From Candidatus Dormiibacterota bacterium (GTDB lineage: Bacteria > Chloroflexota > Dormibacteria > Aeolococcales > Aeolococcaceae): a DNA stretch of 64,000 bases. Of the stretch, positions 49,788 through 59,384 are shown piece after piece. The position numbers were made by a program, and so were the translations under genes. Numbering within the stretch: the first letter of the stretch is position 1; every line of letters starts with the position of its first letter. The stretch is from NCBI GenBank assembly GCA_963718525.1, contig OY970355.1:1632001-1696000 (forward strand). Direction: 5' to 3'. The notes under the pieces are model-generated. The model was not told where the DNA came from, did no database searches, and saw only the letters and a list, made by a program, of their open reading frames with translations.

Positions 49788-50684
49788 CTAAGTGCCCTTC
49801 GCGGTGCGCTCGGCGACGGCCTGGATCTCCTCGAGCCCGTACAGAAAGTGAGCGCGGCGAACCTCGTCGAGCGCCGCGTCGTCGACGTTGTTCCTCGCGG
49901 CAGGTGCCACGGGAGCGCCCGGCGTCGCCGGCCGCGCCACAAGGCGGGCGTCCACGTCTTCGATGCCGCCGCCCACCGGGATGTAACCGAGGTCCCTGGT
50001 TTCCGCGGCCTCCATCATCCATCGCGCAACCGCGGCACTGATTGGGGACAGGACCTCCTGGTCCAGCCACTGCAGGTCCGACGCTGTCGGAGCGCTGAGC
50101 TCACGGTTGAACGGGGGAGGGACGACGTTGACGTCATGCCCGTTGACCGTGATGTGGATCTCGGTCGGACGGTCCTCATCGGAGCTGATCGAGACCCGGA
50201 GGGTCACGCTCGTCGCGGAGAGTGTCTTCCACTGTTTCTCCCACACCCGGCTGTGCGACACGGGGTTGAACCTGCGTCGCACCGGCTCGGCGACGAGCAT
50301 CTCACCGTTCAACGCACAGAAGACGTTGAGGGTCGCGATGACCTCGTCCGCCGCGGCAGAGGAGATCCATTGCAGCACCGGGACGGTGCGGCTGTCGATG
50401 TCCGGATGCGATGCGGCTCCGAACTCCCATTCGAGCGCCTGCATGGCATGGGCGTGCAGGGCGCAGTAGACCTTCCCGTCGACGACGCTCCGGTCCGCGG
50501 GACACCACGCTGTCTTGCAACGTCGTCCGCGGCGGTCGACATAGCTGCACGGCATGCCTGCAAGCGATGAGCAGCGGAGCGCCGAGCACGGCTGATTGCC
50601 GGCCACGGTCTCCGGACGGCGCGTGGCGTCGTCCCGGGACGTGGCGGCGCGCTGCTCAGCCGTCCCTGTTCGCCACCTCAGCAT
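49788..50684 (-). CDS. Hypothetical protein with an N-terminal Cys/His zinc-finger-like domain
   Basis: CSALRC..CSYVDRRGRRCKTAWC..YCALH. Start uncertain. Confidence 0.65.
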   Translation of the reverse strand: MLRWRTGTAEQRAATSRDDATRRPETVAGNQPCSALRCSSLAGMPCSYVDRRGRRCKTAWCPADRSVVDGKVYCALHAHAMQALEWEFGAASHPDIDSRTVPVLQWISSAAADEVIATLNVFCALNGEMLVAEPVRRRFNPVSHSRVWEKQWKTLSATSVTLRVSISSDEDRPTEIHITVNGHDVNVVPPPFNRELSAPTASDLQWLDQEVLSPISAAVARWMMEAAETRDLGYIPVGGGIEDVDARLVARPATPGAPVAPAARNNVDDAALDEVRRAHFLYGLEEIQAVAERTAKGT

Positions 50685-50789
50685 TTCTTGACCTGGGTTG
50701 ATCGAGCGGCTCGCTCGGTGTCGAACCATGCTAGGTGACGCTGCACCGCGTGTATGGCAAGCCTGTAACGAAGCGTGACCCTGCTGCGA

Positions 50790-51944
50790 TCACTCCTCGC
50801 GGCTGGATCGCCGTTTCGCCGTGAGCTTGCGAATGCGCTGAAACTCCGCCGACGGCTCGCGGTGGGGCGGACGCTCCGGCGGCTGCAAGCTCGGGGGAAG
50901 ATTCCGGCGCGGTCCGGCCCACAACGCGGGTGGCGCGTTGACGGCATCCGCGATCCGGTACGCCAGCGACTCGTAGTTCACCCGCCAGCCGCGGAAGTGG
51001 ATCCATGATTCCGCCGGAGGGCGCTGCATGGTCCAGCCCACGTGTTCGAGGTGGTGGATGGCGTCCTGATAGTTCGCCTCGGTCAGCTGAATGGGATCGC
51101 TCGGTTTCGGGTCGGGGTCATAGGTCACGCCGACGACGGTTGCGAGGTCCCGAAGGCACATGTAGCCCATGCGGAGGAACGCTCGAGCCTCCGACGGTGC
51201 CAGCAGCGGCTGTGTCGCAAGGTGCATCGCGGCAGCGTCCATCACCGCAAGCAGTCCGATTACCCACGACCGGTACGGGTGCGGAGACCGGAACCACAGC
51301 AGGACCGGGTACGAGGCGTGAGTCTCGGCAACGTCGGCAGCCCATTCCTCCCAGCGCTGGTACAGGCTCCCCAGGTTCTGGACATTGTCGACCAGTTCAC
51401 TTCGGGCCAGCAGCTCCGGACCCCAGGCGGGTGATCCTGCCCGGCTGTCGAGCATCGTCACCAACCGCTCCCGGCGGTTGAAGGCAGCATAAAGCACGGG
51501 CAGATAGGCGATCTGCAGGGCGACGAGCCACAGGCCGGCCGCCGCGGCGCAGAACACGAGCAGGCGAGGACCTGCCCCTGATTCAACGGCGAAGCCGAGC
51601 GTGAACAGCGACGAGCCGCTCACCGTGAACGCGTGAATCAGGCCGCCGGTCTGCGTAAAGGGCCAGAGCATCAGCGCGAATCCGACGAGCAATGCCGCCA
51701 GCCAGATGGCCAGGATGACGATGAGGTAGATCGGTGCCTGCATCGCAAGAAAGCGATCCCGCGCTTCGTAGGTTTCGAAGCGATGGGAGATGCGCGAGAA
51801 GAGCCTGATCATCCCTCTGCCCGCGTAGATCTGAATTCTCGACGAGCCGAGCCGCGGAAGCACGAGTGAGGTCACAACGCTCATCAGCGTGGAGAGCACG
51901 ACGACCAGCCCGAGGCCGGCGCCAATCCATTCGACCACCGTCAC
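50790..51944 (-). CDS. Potassium-channel-like membrane protein with a cytoplasmic C-terminal domain
   Basis: TM-pore-TM with SGSSLFTLGF, LQIAYLP.LY.AF.RRE and ETHASYPVL.WFRSP. Confidence 0.7.
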   Translation of the reverse strand: MTVVEWIGAGLGLVVVLSTLMSVVTSLVLPRLGSSRIQIYAGRGMIRLFSRISHRFETYEARDRFLAMQAPIYLIVILAIWLAALLVGFALMLWPFTQTGGLIHAFTVSGSSLFTLGFAVESGAGPRLLVFCAAAAGLWLVALQIAYLPVLYAAFNRRERLVTMLDSRAGSPAWGPELLARSELVDNVQNLGSLYQRWEEWAADVAETHASYPVLLWFRSPHPYRSWVIGLLAVMDAAAMHLATQPLLAPSEARAFLRMGYMCLRDLATVVGVTYDPDPKPSDPIQLTEANYQDAIHHLEHVGWTMQRPPAESWIHFRGWRVNYESLAYRIADAVNAPPALWAGPRRNLPPSLQPPERPPHREPSAEFQRIRKLTAKRRSSREE

Positions 51945-52104
51945 CCCCGCATCATGGCCGAATGCCGGCGTCGCGAGCAGGCCCGGCCCGCGACGCCGGG
52001 AGGTCAGCTGCCGGCTCGACCGCGGTGATCGGCAAACTATTCCGAATGAGGCCGGTGAAGGGGTCGAGACATCGGTGGCGGGTCAGGCAAATTGGAGGTG
52101 TGAC

Positions 52105-52512
52105 ATGGCACAAGGAACCGGGACTCGGGAGGATCCATGGCAGCTGACGACTCCGAGCGGGACGTCCACGTATGAGATGTATCGCGATGAGAGCCTCGAT
52201 CCACCGGCTCTTGTCTGCACGGTCGGCACCACGCAGCTTCGTTATCAGTTGCGGTGCGTCGAGGACCTGCACCAGATGCTCAAGGATCGCGGTGACTGGG
52301 TACCGCTGGGGAGCGCCGACGAGCAGAAACCCGCCGCGGACGGGACGGTCGAGGCGTGGGGGCGCTCCCCGGACAACCCGGTAGCCGGCTGGTACGGCCT
52401 GACGAAGGGGCTGCGAGGGCGCTTCGGCATGTACCTCCCGCCGTTGATGGAGGCTCTTGGACTCGCCCAGGTCGAGCACAATCCGCGCAACAACAGGATG
52501 CGAGCGATCTAG
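52105..52512 (+). CDS. Conserved hypothetical protein (DUF6855-like)
   Basis: GTREDPWQLTTP, LGSADEQKPA, NPVAGWYGL.KGLRGRFGMY and EHNPRNNRMRA. GGAGG RBS. Confidence 0.75.
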   Translation: MAQGTGTREDPWQLTTPSGTSTYEMYRDESLDPPALVCTVGTTQLRYQLRCVEDLHQMLKDRGDWVPLGSADEQKPAADGTVEAWGRSPDNPVAGWYGLTKGLRGRFGMYLPPLMEALGLAQVEHNPRNNRMRAI

Positions 52513-52532
52513 GTGTGCGCCCGATCGGGCGC

Positions 52533-52847
52533 CTACTCGATCTTGGTGATGTACGCGCCGACGAGCGTCGCCTTCTGCTGGTCGACCCCGCCGTCGCGGC
52601 GGTCCCCGTGCGCGTCCTGGAAGTGTGCAAAGGCTGCCGTCGAGGAGATGGGATTGACCTCGTCATCCCCGTGATCGTGGAAGGAGACGTGGACGAATGA
52701 GCCGTCTTCGAGCCGCAAGACGATGTAGCTCACGTTGCTGGGCTTGGTGGCCTCGAGCTCGGCGAAGACACCTTCGACGCGTCGTTGATTCTCATCGGCG
52801 GCCTGAGCGGACTTTGTCGCGTACCGGGTGACCAATCGCTTATGCAC
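52533..52847 (-). CDS. Hypothetical protein, dimeric alpha+beta barrel (ABM-like)
   Basis: GAGGAG RBS. RY.TK...ADENQRRVEGVFAEL..P..Y..LRLEDGSFVH. Confidence 0.7.
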   Translation of the reverse strand: MHKRLVTRYATKSAQAADENQRRVEGVFAELEATKPSNVSYIVLRLEDGSFVHVSFHDHGDDEVNPISSTAAFAHFQDAHGDRRDGGVDQQKATLVGAYITKIE

Positions 52848-52883
52848 CTGAGCTCCTCGTGTGGGTCTCGATAGACTACGCGC

Positions 52884-53255
52884 ATGGACTGGAAGATCGA
52901 ACTCGTCGCCATCCCCGTCACCGACGTCGACCGCGCCAAATCGTTCTACGTCGACCGGGTCGGTTTCAACGCCGACCACGACTACCAGGTCAATGAAGCC
53001 CTGCGCTTCGTTCAGCTCACTCCCCCCGGTTCGGCGTGCTCCGTCGTCATGGGTGAGGGCATCACCGACATGCCACCCGGCTCGCAGCGAGGCGTGCAGG
53101 TGGTGGTGGGCGACGTTGCCGCGGCTCGAGAGCAGCTCGTGAGCAAGGGTGTCGCCGCGAGCGAGATCGACGTGCAGTCGTGGGGTTCGTTCGTGACGTT
53201 CAGCGATCCCGACGGCAACACCTGGGCGTTGCAGCAGCTGCCTGAGCGTCAGTAG
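52884..53255 (+). CDS. VOC/glyoxalase-family protein
   Basis: IPVTDVDRAKSFY, VQLTPPGSACS and FSDPDGNTWALQQ. Confidence 0.9.
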   Translation: MDWKIELVAIPVTDVDRAKSFYVDRVGFNADHDYQVNEALRFVQLTPPGSACSVVMGEGITDMPPGSQRGVQVVVGDVAAAREQLVSKGVAASEIDVQSWGSFVTFSDPDGNTWALQQLPERQ

Positions 53256-53272
53256 CGAGCCGGGCGGCCGCC

Positions 53273-54235
53273 ATGAGAGCGGTGGTCCACGACCGGTATG
53301 GGCCTCCAGCCGTGCTGCATATCGAGGACGTCGAGCCACCGGTTCCCACCGCGCACGAGGTCCTGATCCGAATCCACGCGACCACGGTGAGCCGCACCGA
53401 TTGCGCGCTTCGCGCCGGCGAGCCGTTCTTCTCGCGATTCGTCACCGGAGTACGCCGGCCGAGGCGGAGGATTCTGGGCAGCGATCTGGCGGGCGAGGTC
53501 GTCGCGCTCGGCGCGGCGGTCACCCAGTTCAACGTCGGGGATCGCGTCTTCGGCATCAAGCCGTGGAAATTCGGGGCGCATGCGGAGTTCATCTGCATGG
53601 AGGAGCACGCCGCGCTGACCCACATGCCGTCCAATGCCACCTTTGACGAAGCTGCCGCGGTGTGCGACGGGGCGATCCTCGCGCTGAACTGCCTGAGGCC
53701 TGGGAAGGTTCGAAGCGGGCAGTCGATCCTGGTCAACGGTGCCTCCGGATCGATGGGCACCGCCGGCGTGCAGCTCGCGAGGGCGCTGGGCGCCAACGTC
53801 ACCGGCGTCTGCAACGCGATGAGCTTCGAGCTCGTGCGGTCGCTTGGCGCCGATGATGTCATCGACTACACAGAGCAGGACTTCACCAGGGACGGCCGCA
53901 CATATGACGTCATCTTCGACGCTGTGGGGAAGCTCGCATTCTCGCGCTGCAGGAATTCCCTGAAGCCAGGCGGTGTCTTCCTGCCGACCGATGGGATGCG
54001 AAACCTGGTGCTGACCGCATGGACCTCACGAATCGGAGATCGGAAGGTGGTCTTCGAGATACCGCCGAAGTTCACCAAGAAGGATGTGGTCTTCCTCAAA
54101 GAGTTGATGGAGGCCGGCAAATATCGCGCAGTCATCGACCGGCGCTACCCGCTCGAGCGGGTGGTCGAAGCAACCAGGTACGTCGAGCTGCACCAGAAGA
54201 CGGGCAATGTTGTCCTGACGGTCGCGGCGCGCTGA
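53273..54235 (+). CDS. NAD(P)-dependent MDR oxidoreductase (quinone-reductase-like)
   Basis: YGPP.VL, ILGSDLAGEV, NGASGSMGTAGVQLA, IDYT and KTGNVVL. Confidence 0.88.
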   Translation: MRAVVHDRYGPPAVLHIEDVEPPVPTAHEVLIRIHATTVSRTDCALRAGEPFFSRFVTGVRRPRRRILGSDLAGEVVALGAAVTQFNVGDRVFGIKPWKFGAHAEFICMEEHAALTHMPSNATFDEAAAVCDGAILALNCLRPGKVRSGQSILVNGASGSMGTAGVQLARALGANVTGVCNAMSFELVRSLGADDVIDYTEQDFTRDGRTYDVIFDAVGKLAFSRCRNSLKPGGVFLPTDGMRNLVLTAWTSRIGDRKVVFEIPPKFTKKDVVFLKELMEAGKYRAVIDRRYPLERVVEATRYVELHQKTGNVVLTVAAR

Positions 54236-54290
54236 TGACGGCCGGCGTCGTGCTGCACAAACCGGAAGCGCCAGATGTGGCGACTCGGGA

Positions 54291-55091
54291 TCAGCCGGAC
54301 CGCGCCGCGCGCGCGGCCCTTGCGGCAGCCTCGGCTGCGTTGGCCGCGTCCTCGGCGGCTGATGCCTCCTCGGCGACAACCCGAGCCTCCTCCGCCATCC
54401 GCTCCGCCTGATGTCGCTTCGAATCCGCCGCTGTTCGTGCACGTTGCGCAGCAGACTCCAGGTGGGCGGCTTCCCGTTCAGCTTCGCGCCGCGACAGCAC
54501 CTCAACAGCTGCGGAGGTGCGTTGAGAGGACGGTTCACGATGCGCTGATGGGGAGCGCCGGCGCAACGGCTTCAGGATCGCCGCCAGATCGGGGACGTCG
54601 TCTTCCGGTTGACCCATTGCTCCAAACCCGGCTGCATCGAGGTCGCGGTCCACTGTCCCGGTCCACAGCGCGCGCCGTTCGGCAGCTCCGGCGGTGGCGG
54701 CCGCCTGCAGCGTGGCCCGGATGCGGCGGCCCGTCTCCTCGCTCGTCGCATGCCCGGCACGCCCGAGCACACCGGTGGCGGCCGCGGCGGCGGCTTCGAC
54801 CGCGTCGCGAAGCCGGCTCGACGCAGCGAGCAGATCCTCGCGGCTCCCGGTGCCCGCCGCGACGCTCAGCTGAGCGTCCCGCACGTCAGCCCCGGCGGCC
54901 AGGAGCTCGGTGACCAGCCCGGGATGGCCGGGCGCGAGCTGATCGATCGCCCAGACGCCGACGGGAGGCTTGCGGAGCCTGGCGGCGGCTGCGGCTGACG
55001 TCGGATCTGTCGATCGAAGCTCGCGTACCAGCGCGGTGCGCCGGGCAACGAAATCTTCGAGCGGTCCGCGATAGAGCTCGGCCGTGTCCAC
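54291..55091 (-). CDS. Conserved helical hypothetical protein
   Basis: ELYRGPLEDFVARR..LRKPPVGVWAIDQL, TLQAAA and an Ala/Glu-rich coiled-coil tail. Confidence 0.7.
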   Translation of the reverse strand: MDTAELYRGPLEDFVARRTALVRELRSTDPTSAAAAARLRKPPVGVWAIDQLAPGHPGLVTELLAAGADVRDAQLSVAAGTGSREDLLAASSRLRDAVEAAAAAATGVLGRAGHATSEETGRRIRATLQAAATAGAAERRALWTGTVDRDLDAAGFGAMGQPEDDVPDLAAILKPLRRRSPSAHREPSSQRTSAAVEVLSRREAEREAAHLESAAQRARTAADSKRHQAERMAEEARVVAEEASAAEDAANAAEAAARAARAARSG

Positions 55092-55156
55092 CGCTCTGCA
55101 GTGTGACGATCGCTGCCCCGGACTGGCCTGCCGCTGCTTGAGAAGATGTGGGTGCG

Positions 55157-55819
55157 TCAGGCGGCCGCGCGCACCCGACCGATGAAGTCCTTGAATGCTG
55201 CTTCGCCGCTGGTCGTCCACATCTCGACGACGGGAGGCGGTAGCAGGGAGAACGTGAAGGCAAGTTCTTCCTGGTTCATCTGCTCGAAGATGAGACCGAG
55301 GATGAGCCAGATCTTGTCGCCGCTGAAGTGCGCCATCGCGTGGCCTGGCAGCGCTCCCCACTCTTCCGGCGAGATGTTGCGCGAGGCCAGTGGCAGGATC
55401 TCGACTTCCTCCTCGACGAAATGCTGGTCGACTTCGGCGCCGAGCGCAGTGAGCGCTTCTGCGAACCGGCGTCCCTGGATGCCGTCTCCGGAAGCATTCC
55501 ACGCGGCCAGCGCGTGACCCGCGCTTTCACGCAACCGGTGAATCGTGTCGTGCTCGCTCTCCATGCGCTCAAGGAGCTCAGCTGCCTGCGGGCAACGCGC
55601 GCTGAGCAACGGCCAGACGCATGCGTCCTCGCCGCCATGGTGCGCATCAAGGAAGCGCAGAACGTTGTCGAAATACGAATACACGGCTGCCATCTTCTGG
55701 CTGTCACCGTCGCGCACCCCGGTGATCACGTGATCCGCTGAGGCGAAGACGGACCGAAACATGTTGTGCGGGATGAGCATGTCCGACGTTTCCGTTTCAT
55801 AGATGGCGGTCTCGGTCAT
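55157..55819 (-). CDS. Hemerythrin-like domain protein
   Basis: H (PHNMFR), HHGGED..VWP.L, MESEH and HFVEEE..ILP ligand pattern. GAGGAG RBS. Confidence 0.85.
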   Translation of the reverse strand: MTETAIYETETSDMLIPHNMFRSVFASADHVITGVRDGDSQKMAAVYSYFDNVLRFLDAHHGGEDACVWPLLSARCPQAAELLERMESEHDTIHRLRESAGHALAAWNASGDGIQGRRFAEALTALGAEVDQHFVEEEVEILPLASRNISPEEWGALPGHAMAHFSGDKIWLILGLIFEQMNQEELAFTFSLLPPPVVEMWTTSGEAAFKDFIGRVRAAA

Positions 55820-55936
55820 TTCCTTCTCCTCGTGCCTGGTGGTGACAGGACTTGCGCTCCGGTGTGCTTTGGTTTTCAGGCACAGCTGCATCGTTCCACG
55901 GGACGGGCTGGGCCACATCCGGGAAAACCCCTGTTT

Positions 55937-58822
55937 TCAGCCGGGGGCGGCCACCTTCGCGGCTGCATACACCGCCAATTGCGCCCGAGTACGCATGCCG
56001 AGCTTCTGCCTCAGCCCGCTGATGTGCTGTTCGACGGTGCGCTCCGAGAGGAACAGTCGCACGGCGATCTCGCGGTTCGAGAGACCGTCGGCGACGAGGC
56101 CGAGCACTTCGGCTTCGCGCGCGGTGACCCCAGCGTCCCTCAGGCCATCAGGCAGCGACCACACAGCCCGGGTCCGCCGGCTCACGCGGACTCCGGCACG
56201 GCGAAGCAGCGTTCTGCATGCGGATGCCAGCCGGTCGTTCCCCGCCTCGTCGAAGAAACGCCCTGCCTCCGTTAACCAGGCGACAGGGTCACCCCAGCCG
56301 TCGGCAATGGCGGCCTCACCGGCAAGGCGACGCATCAAGTTTCGATACCAGGGCATGAGGGCCAGTCGCTTGTCGCCGAGCATCATCGATGCACTGGCTT
56401 GAGCTCCTCGCCCTGCCCGGCCGTGCAGCACGGCCTCCGCGTAGGCGAGGTAGCCCGCTGCCTGTGCATTCAGACGCGTGATGCCCGCCGCAGCGGAGAA
56501 ATCCGGCTGCGCTCCTTCAACCGCATCGATGACCGTGAGCAGTGCCGCGCCGAGCCGAGGCAACACCGAGGGTGGTGCGGTGAGGAGTGAGATCGCGTGC
56601 TGCAGCTCCGCGCGGGCTCGAGTCCGATCCTCCAGCGCCAGCGAGGCAATCGCACGACCGTCTCCCCAGAGTGCGGCAATCAGTTCGGGGTCGTCACCAC
56701 CCAATGTCAAACTCCGGGTGAACTCTGCCTCCATGCGACCGCGAGCCCCGCGCCCGGCCTCGAGGATGCCGAGGAATGCATGCGCCACCGCGGCCACGGC
56801 ACGCTGTTCCAGCAGTTCCGCCATCTCGACGCAGCGCGTGCACGTGTCGCGGGCCTCGGCGATCCGGAACTGAGCCTCGAGACCGGCACCGATCTCGAGG
56901 CTCAGGCTCGTGGCGGTTGCAACCGCTCCCAGGCGTTCCGCTTCATCGCGCGCTCGTTTGAGGATTTCGACGCTGCCTGACCGGAACATCGCGACAACGC
57001 CGAGCTGGTAGAGGGCTCGCATCCTCCAGTAGGCGAGCCCGGCGTCCTCCGCGACCTGGAGCGCCCGCTCGCCGATGTCCTTCGCCTCATCGAGGTCCCG
57101 AGTTCGCGCACACCTCGACGCAACCTCTAGGGCCTCGCAGATCACTTCAGGCTGATGGGTTGCAAGAGCGCTACCGGCAGCCCGGACCGCAAGCCCCTCC
57201 GCTTCACTGGAATGCCCCTCGGCCACCGCCAGCTGGGCCGCCACGGCGGCGACCCTGGCCGCGAGCGCCTCGTCGCCGGCGTCGGCAGCCAGGCGACGGG
57301 CTCGAGCCAGCTCCTCACCGGCCACCTCGAAATGGGTGACCGTCACCGCGCAGCGCGCCAGCATGAGGTGTGCGTTGCCTCTGCGGGAGGGGGGTGCTCC
57401 TGTTGTGGCCAGCGTCTGCAGCAACGTCTCGACCGCGGCCTGGGTCCGTTTGACATCGCCTGCCGCGGAGGCTGCAGCGGCGAGCCTCTCCAGGGCGTCG
57501 GCGCGGACGAAGGGGTCGCCCGCGATGCTCACGGCGCGTTGCAACGCCGCGGCTGCCGTGTCGAGCGCACCGCGACTCAGGGAGGCCGCGCCCGCTTCAA
57601 GCAGATAGCTCGCCGCACGGTCTGCGAGCCCCGCAGCCTCGGCGAGGTCGGCGGCGAGATGGCGCCACTCGTCCGGGTGGGTCGCATCAAGCTCAAGAGC
57701 GGCGAGACAGCGATTCGCCAGCATGACGCGCTCGTTGGGCAGGAGTTCGTCGAGCATCGCGTCGCGCGTGAGCGCGTGACGAAAACCGAAACCACCGTCC
57801 TGGACCGCGAGCAGCTGCATGGAGACCGCTCGCGCGAGCACAGCCTCGGTCACCTCTGGATCACACTCAGCAGCCGTCGCCGCGAGGCGCCAGTTGAAAC
57901 GGCGTCCGAGCAGCGCACCCGCCCCGAGGAAGCGCCTTCCGTCCGGTCCCATGCCGTGCAGCCGCTGCCGCACGCTGACGCCGAAGCTGTCCGGGACCAC
58001 GCAACTCAGTGGCGCTGCGACCTCCCAGGTGTCACCGCGCTGCACCAGCGCCCCATTGGTGGCAGCCGCGGCGAGCAGCTCCTCCACGAGGAAAGGAATG
58101 CCTTCGGCGGCCTCGCGCAGCATTGCAGCAATCTCTGGGTCGACGACCATAGCGTGCAGACTCTGCGCCGCCATATCGGCGACCTCCTCCGGCGAGAGAG
58201 GTGGCAGCTTCATGACGGTCACCGCCTGTCGTGCTTCCAACCGGGACATGGCGTGCATCGCATCGTTGTCAGCTTCGTCGCGGATGGTGGACACGCACAG
58301 CACGGGCGTCATTCGCGCGTGGTCGGCAAAGTACTCAACGGCGTGGAGCGTCTCGGGGTCGGCCCACTGGAGATCCTCGAGGAGGAGCACGCAGCCGTTG
58401 GGGCCGCCAATCGCTTGTACGAGTTGGAGAAGACCCTCCGCAACCACAATCGGCGATTCCGCCTGGGCAACGTTCTCTCCGGGACGCCGTCCGGGCACGA
58501 CCCAGCTTAAAGCGGTTCGGAACCTGTCGAGTTCCGTGGAGTTGAGTTTCTGGTTAAGCAGGGGCGCGCCAAGTAGCGCCTCCGCCAGAGGTCGATACGG
58601 CACGGGGACCTGCGAGGGGACGCCGCGGCCGAGCAGCACAACCGTCCCCGCTTGCTCTGCAAGGTGACCCGCCTTGGTAAGCAGCCGCGATTTGCCGATG
58701 CCCGCGGGGCCGCGGATGAGGACGACACCCCCGTTGCCGCGCCGAGCCTCCGCCAGCGCGCTGATGAGGCCGGCACATTCGTGGTCGCGGCCGATGAGGG
58801 CCGGGCAAAGTATCCGGGCCAT
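55937..58822 (-). CDS. Large ATP-binding LuxR-family regulator (AAA-TPR-HTH)
   Basis: LIGRDHE, GPAGIGKSRL, LEDLQWAD, GIPFLVEEL, FRHAL and TAREAEVL..GLSNREIA.RLFLSERTVEQH. Confidence 0.9.
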   Translation of the reverse strand: MARILCPALIGRDHECAGLISALAEARRGNGGVVLIRGPAGIGKSRLLTKAGHLAEQAGTVVLLGRGVPSQVPVPYRPLAEALLGAPLLNQKLNSTELDRFRTALSWVVPGRRPGENVAQAESPIVVAEGLLQLVQAIGGPNGCVLLLEDLQWADPETLHAVEYFADHARMTPVLCVSTIRDEADNDAMHAMSRLEARQAVTVMKLPPLSPEEVADMAAQSLHAMVVDPEIAAMLREAAEGIPFLVEELLAAAATNGALVQRGDTWEVAAPLSCVVPDSFGVSVRQRLHGMGPDGRRFLGAGALLGRRFNWRLAATAAECDPEVTEAVLARAVSMQLLAVQDGGFGFRHALTRDAMLDELLPNERVMLANRCLAALELDATHPDEWRHLAADLAEAAGLADRAASYLLEAGAASLSRGALDTAAAALQRAVSIAGDPFVRADALERLAAAASAAGDVKRTQAAVETLLQTLATTGAPPSRRGNAHLMLARCAVTVTHFEVAGEELARARRLAADAGDEALAARVAAVAAQLAVAEGHSSEAEGLAVRAAGSALATHQPEVICEALEVASRCARTRDLDEAKDIGERALQVAEDAGLAYWRMRALYQLGVVAMFRSGSVEILKRARDEAERLGAVATATSLSLEIGAGLEAQFRIAEARDTCTRCVEMAELLEQRAVAAVAHAFLGILEAGRGARGRMEAEFTRSLTLGGDDPELIAALWGDGRAIASLALEDRTRARAELQHAISLLTAPPSVLPRLGAALLTVIDAVEGAQPDFSAAAGITRLNAQAAGYLAYAEAVLHGRAGRGAQASASMMLGDKRLALMPWYRNLMRRLAGEAAIADGWGDPVAWLTEAGRFFDEAGNDRLASACRTLLRRAGVRVSRRTRAVWSLPDGLRDAGVTAREAEVLGLVADGLSNREIAVRLFLSERTVEQHISGLRQKLGMRTRAQLAVYAAAKVAAPG

Positions 58823-58875
58823 ATCGACCGCATTGTGGTTGACCTCCGCCCGGGCAGGCACACCCGAGTGGGCGA

Positions 58876-59250
58876 TCAGCCCTTGCGAGAAGCCTTCGCG
58901 CGGGTTGTTGCCTTGATGCTCTTCACCCGGTTCCGGATGAGCATCCCGATCGCCGCGAGTGGCAACGGCTCGTCCAGCGGGAACCGCAGGGTTGCCTTGG
59001 AGGACATGTGCTGCTCGAGCCCGACAGCGCGCGCCTCGTCAGGGCCGAACGCATACAGACCGATGTGGTGCACATGCGCCTGGAAGTACGTGAGGCGACC
59101 ACCGAGGTAGTAGTAGGGCATGCCGTAGCTGAGCCGCTCGTCGGCTTCCGGCGCTGCGGCACGAATGGTTTTGCGAAGATCTTCCAGCATCGGCCGCACG
59201 TCCACGGACGCTTCGGCGATGTACTCGTCGACGCCACTCGGCGGGCTCAT
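58876..59250 (-). CDS. DUF1801/YdhG-like protein
   Basis: VDEYIA, LR.TI.AAAP.A.E.LSYGMP, HIGLY and TLRFPLDEPLP. Confidence 0.85.
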   Translation of the reverse strand: MSPPSGVDEYIAEASVDVRPMLEDLRKTIRAAAPEADERLSYGMPYYYLGGRLTYFQAHVHHIGLYAFGPDEARAVGLEQHMSSKATLRFPLDEPLPLAAIGMLIRNRVKSIKATTRAKASRKG

Positions 59251-59384
59251 GCGGAGACGTTACCGCGCTGCGGCTGAGCGCCGCTGACCCGGGTGTCAGC
59301 GGTCGACCGCCGTCATGTCCGCGTGGCGGTCGTAGGCAAGCGGTTCGTGACGTAAATCACGCTCAGTTTCCTCATCTGAGGGAG

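Noticed and set aside
52031-52095. GGCAAAC motif suggesting a c-di-GMP-I riboswitch
   Set aside because: The GNRA-capped stem and downstream GCAAAGC/receptor elements are not present in the required arrangement.
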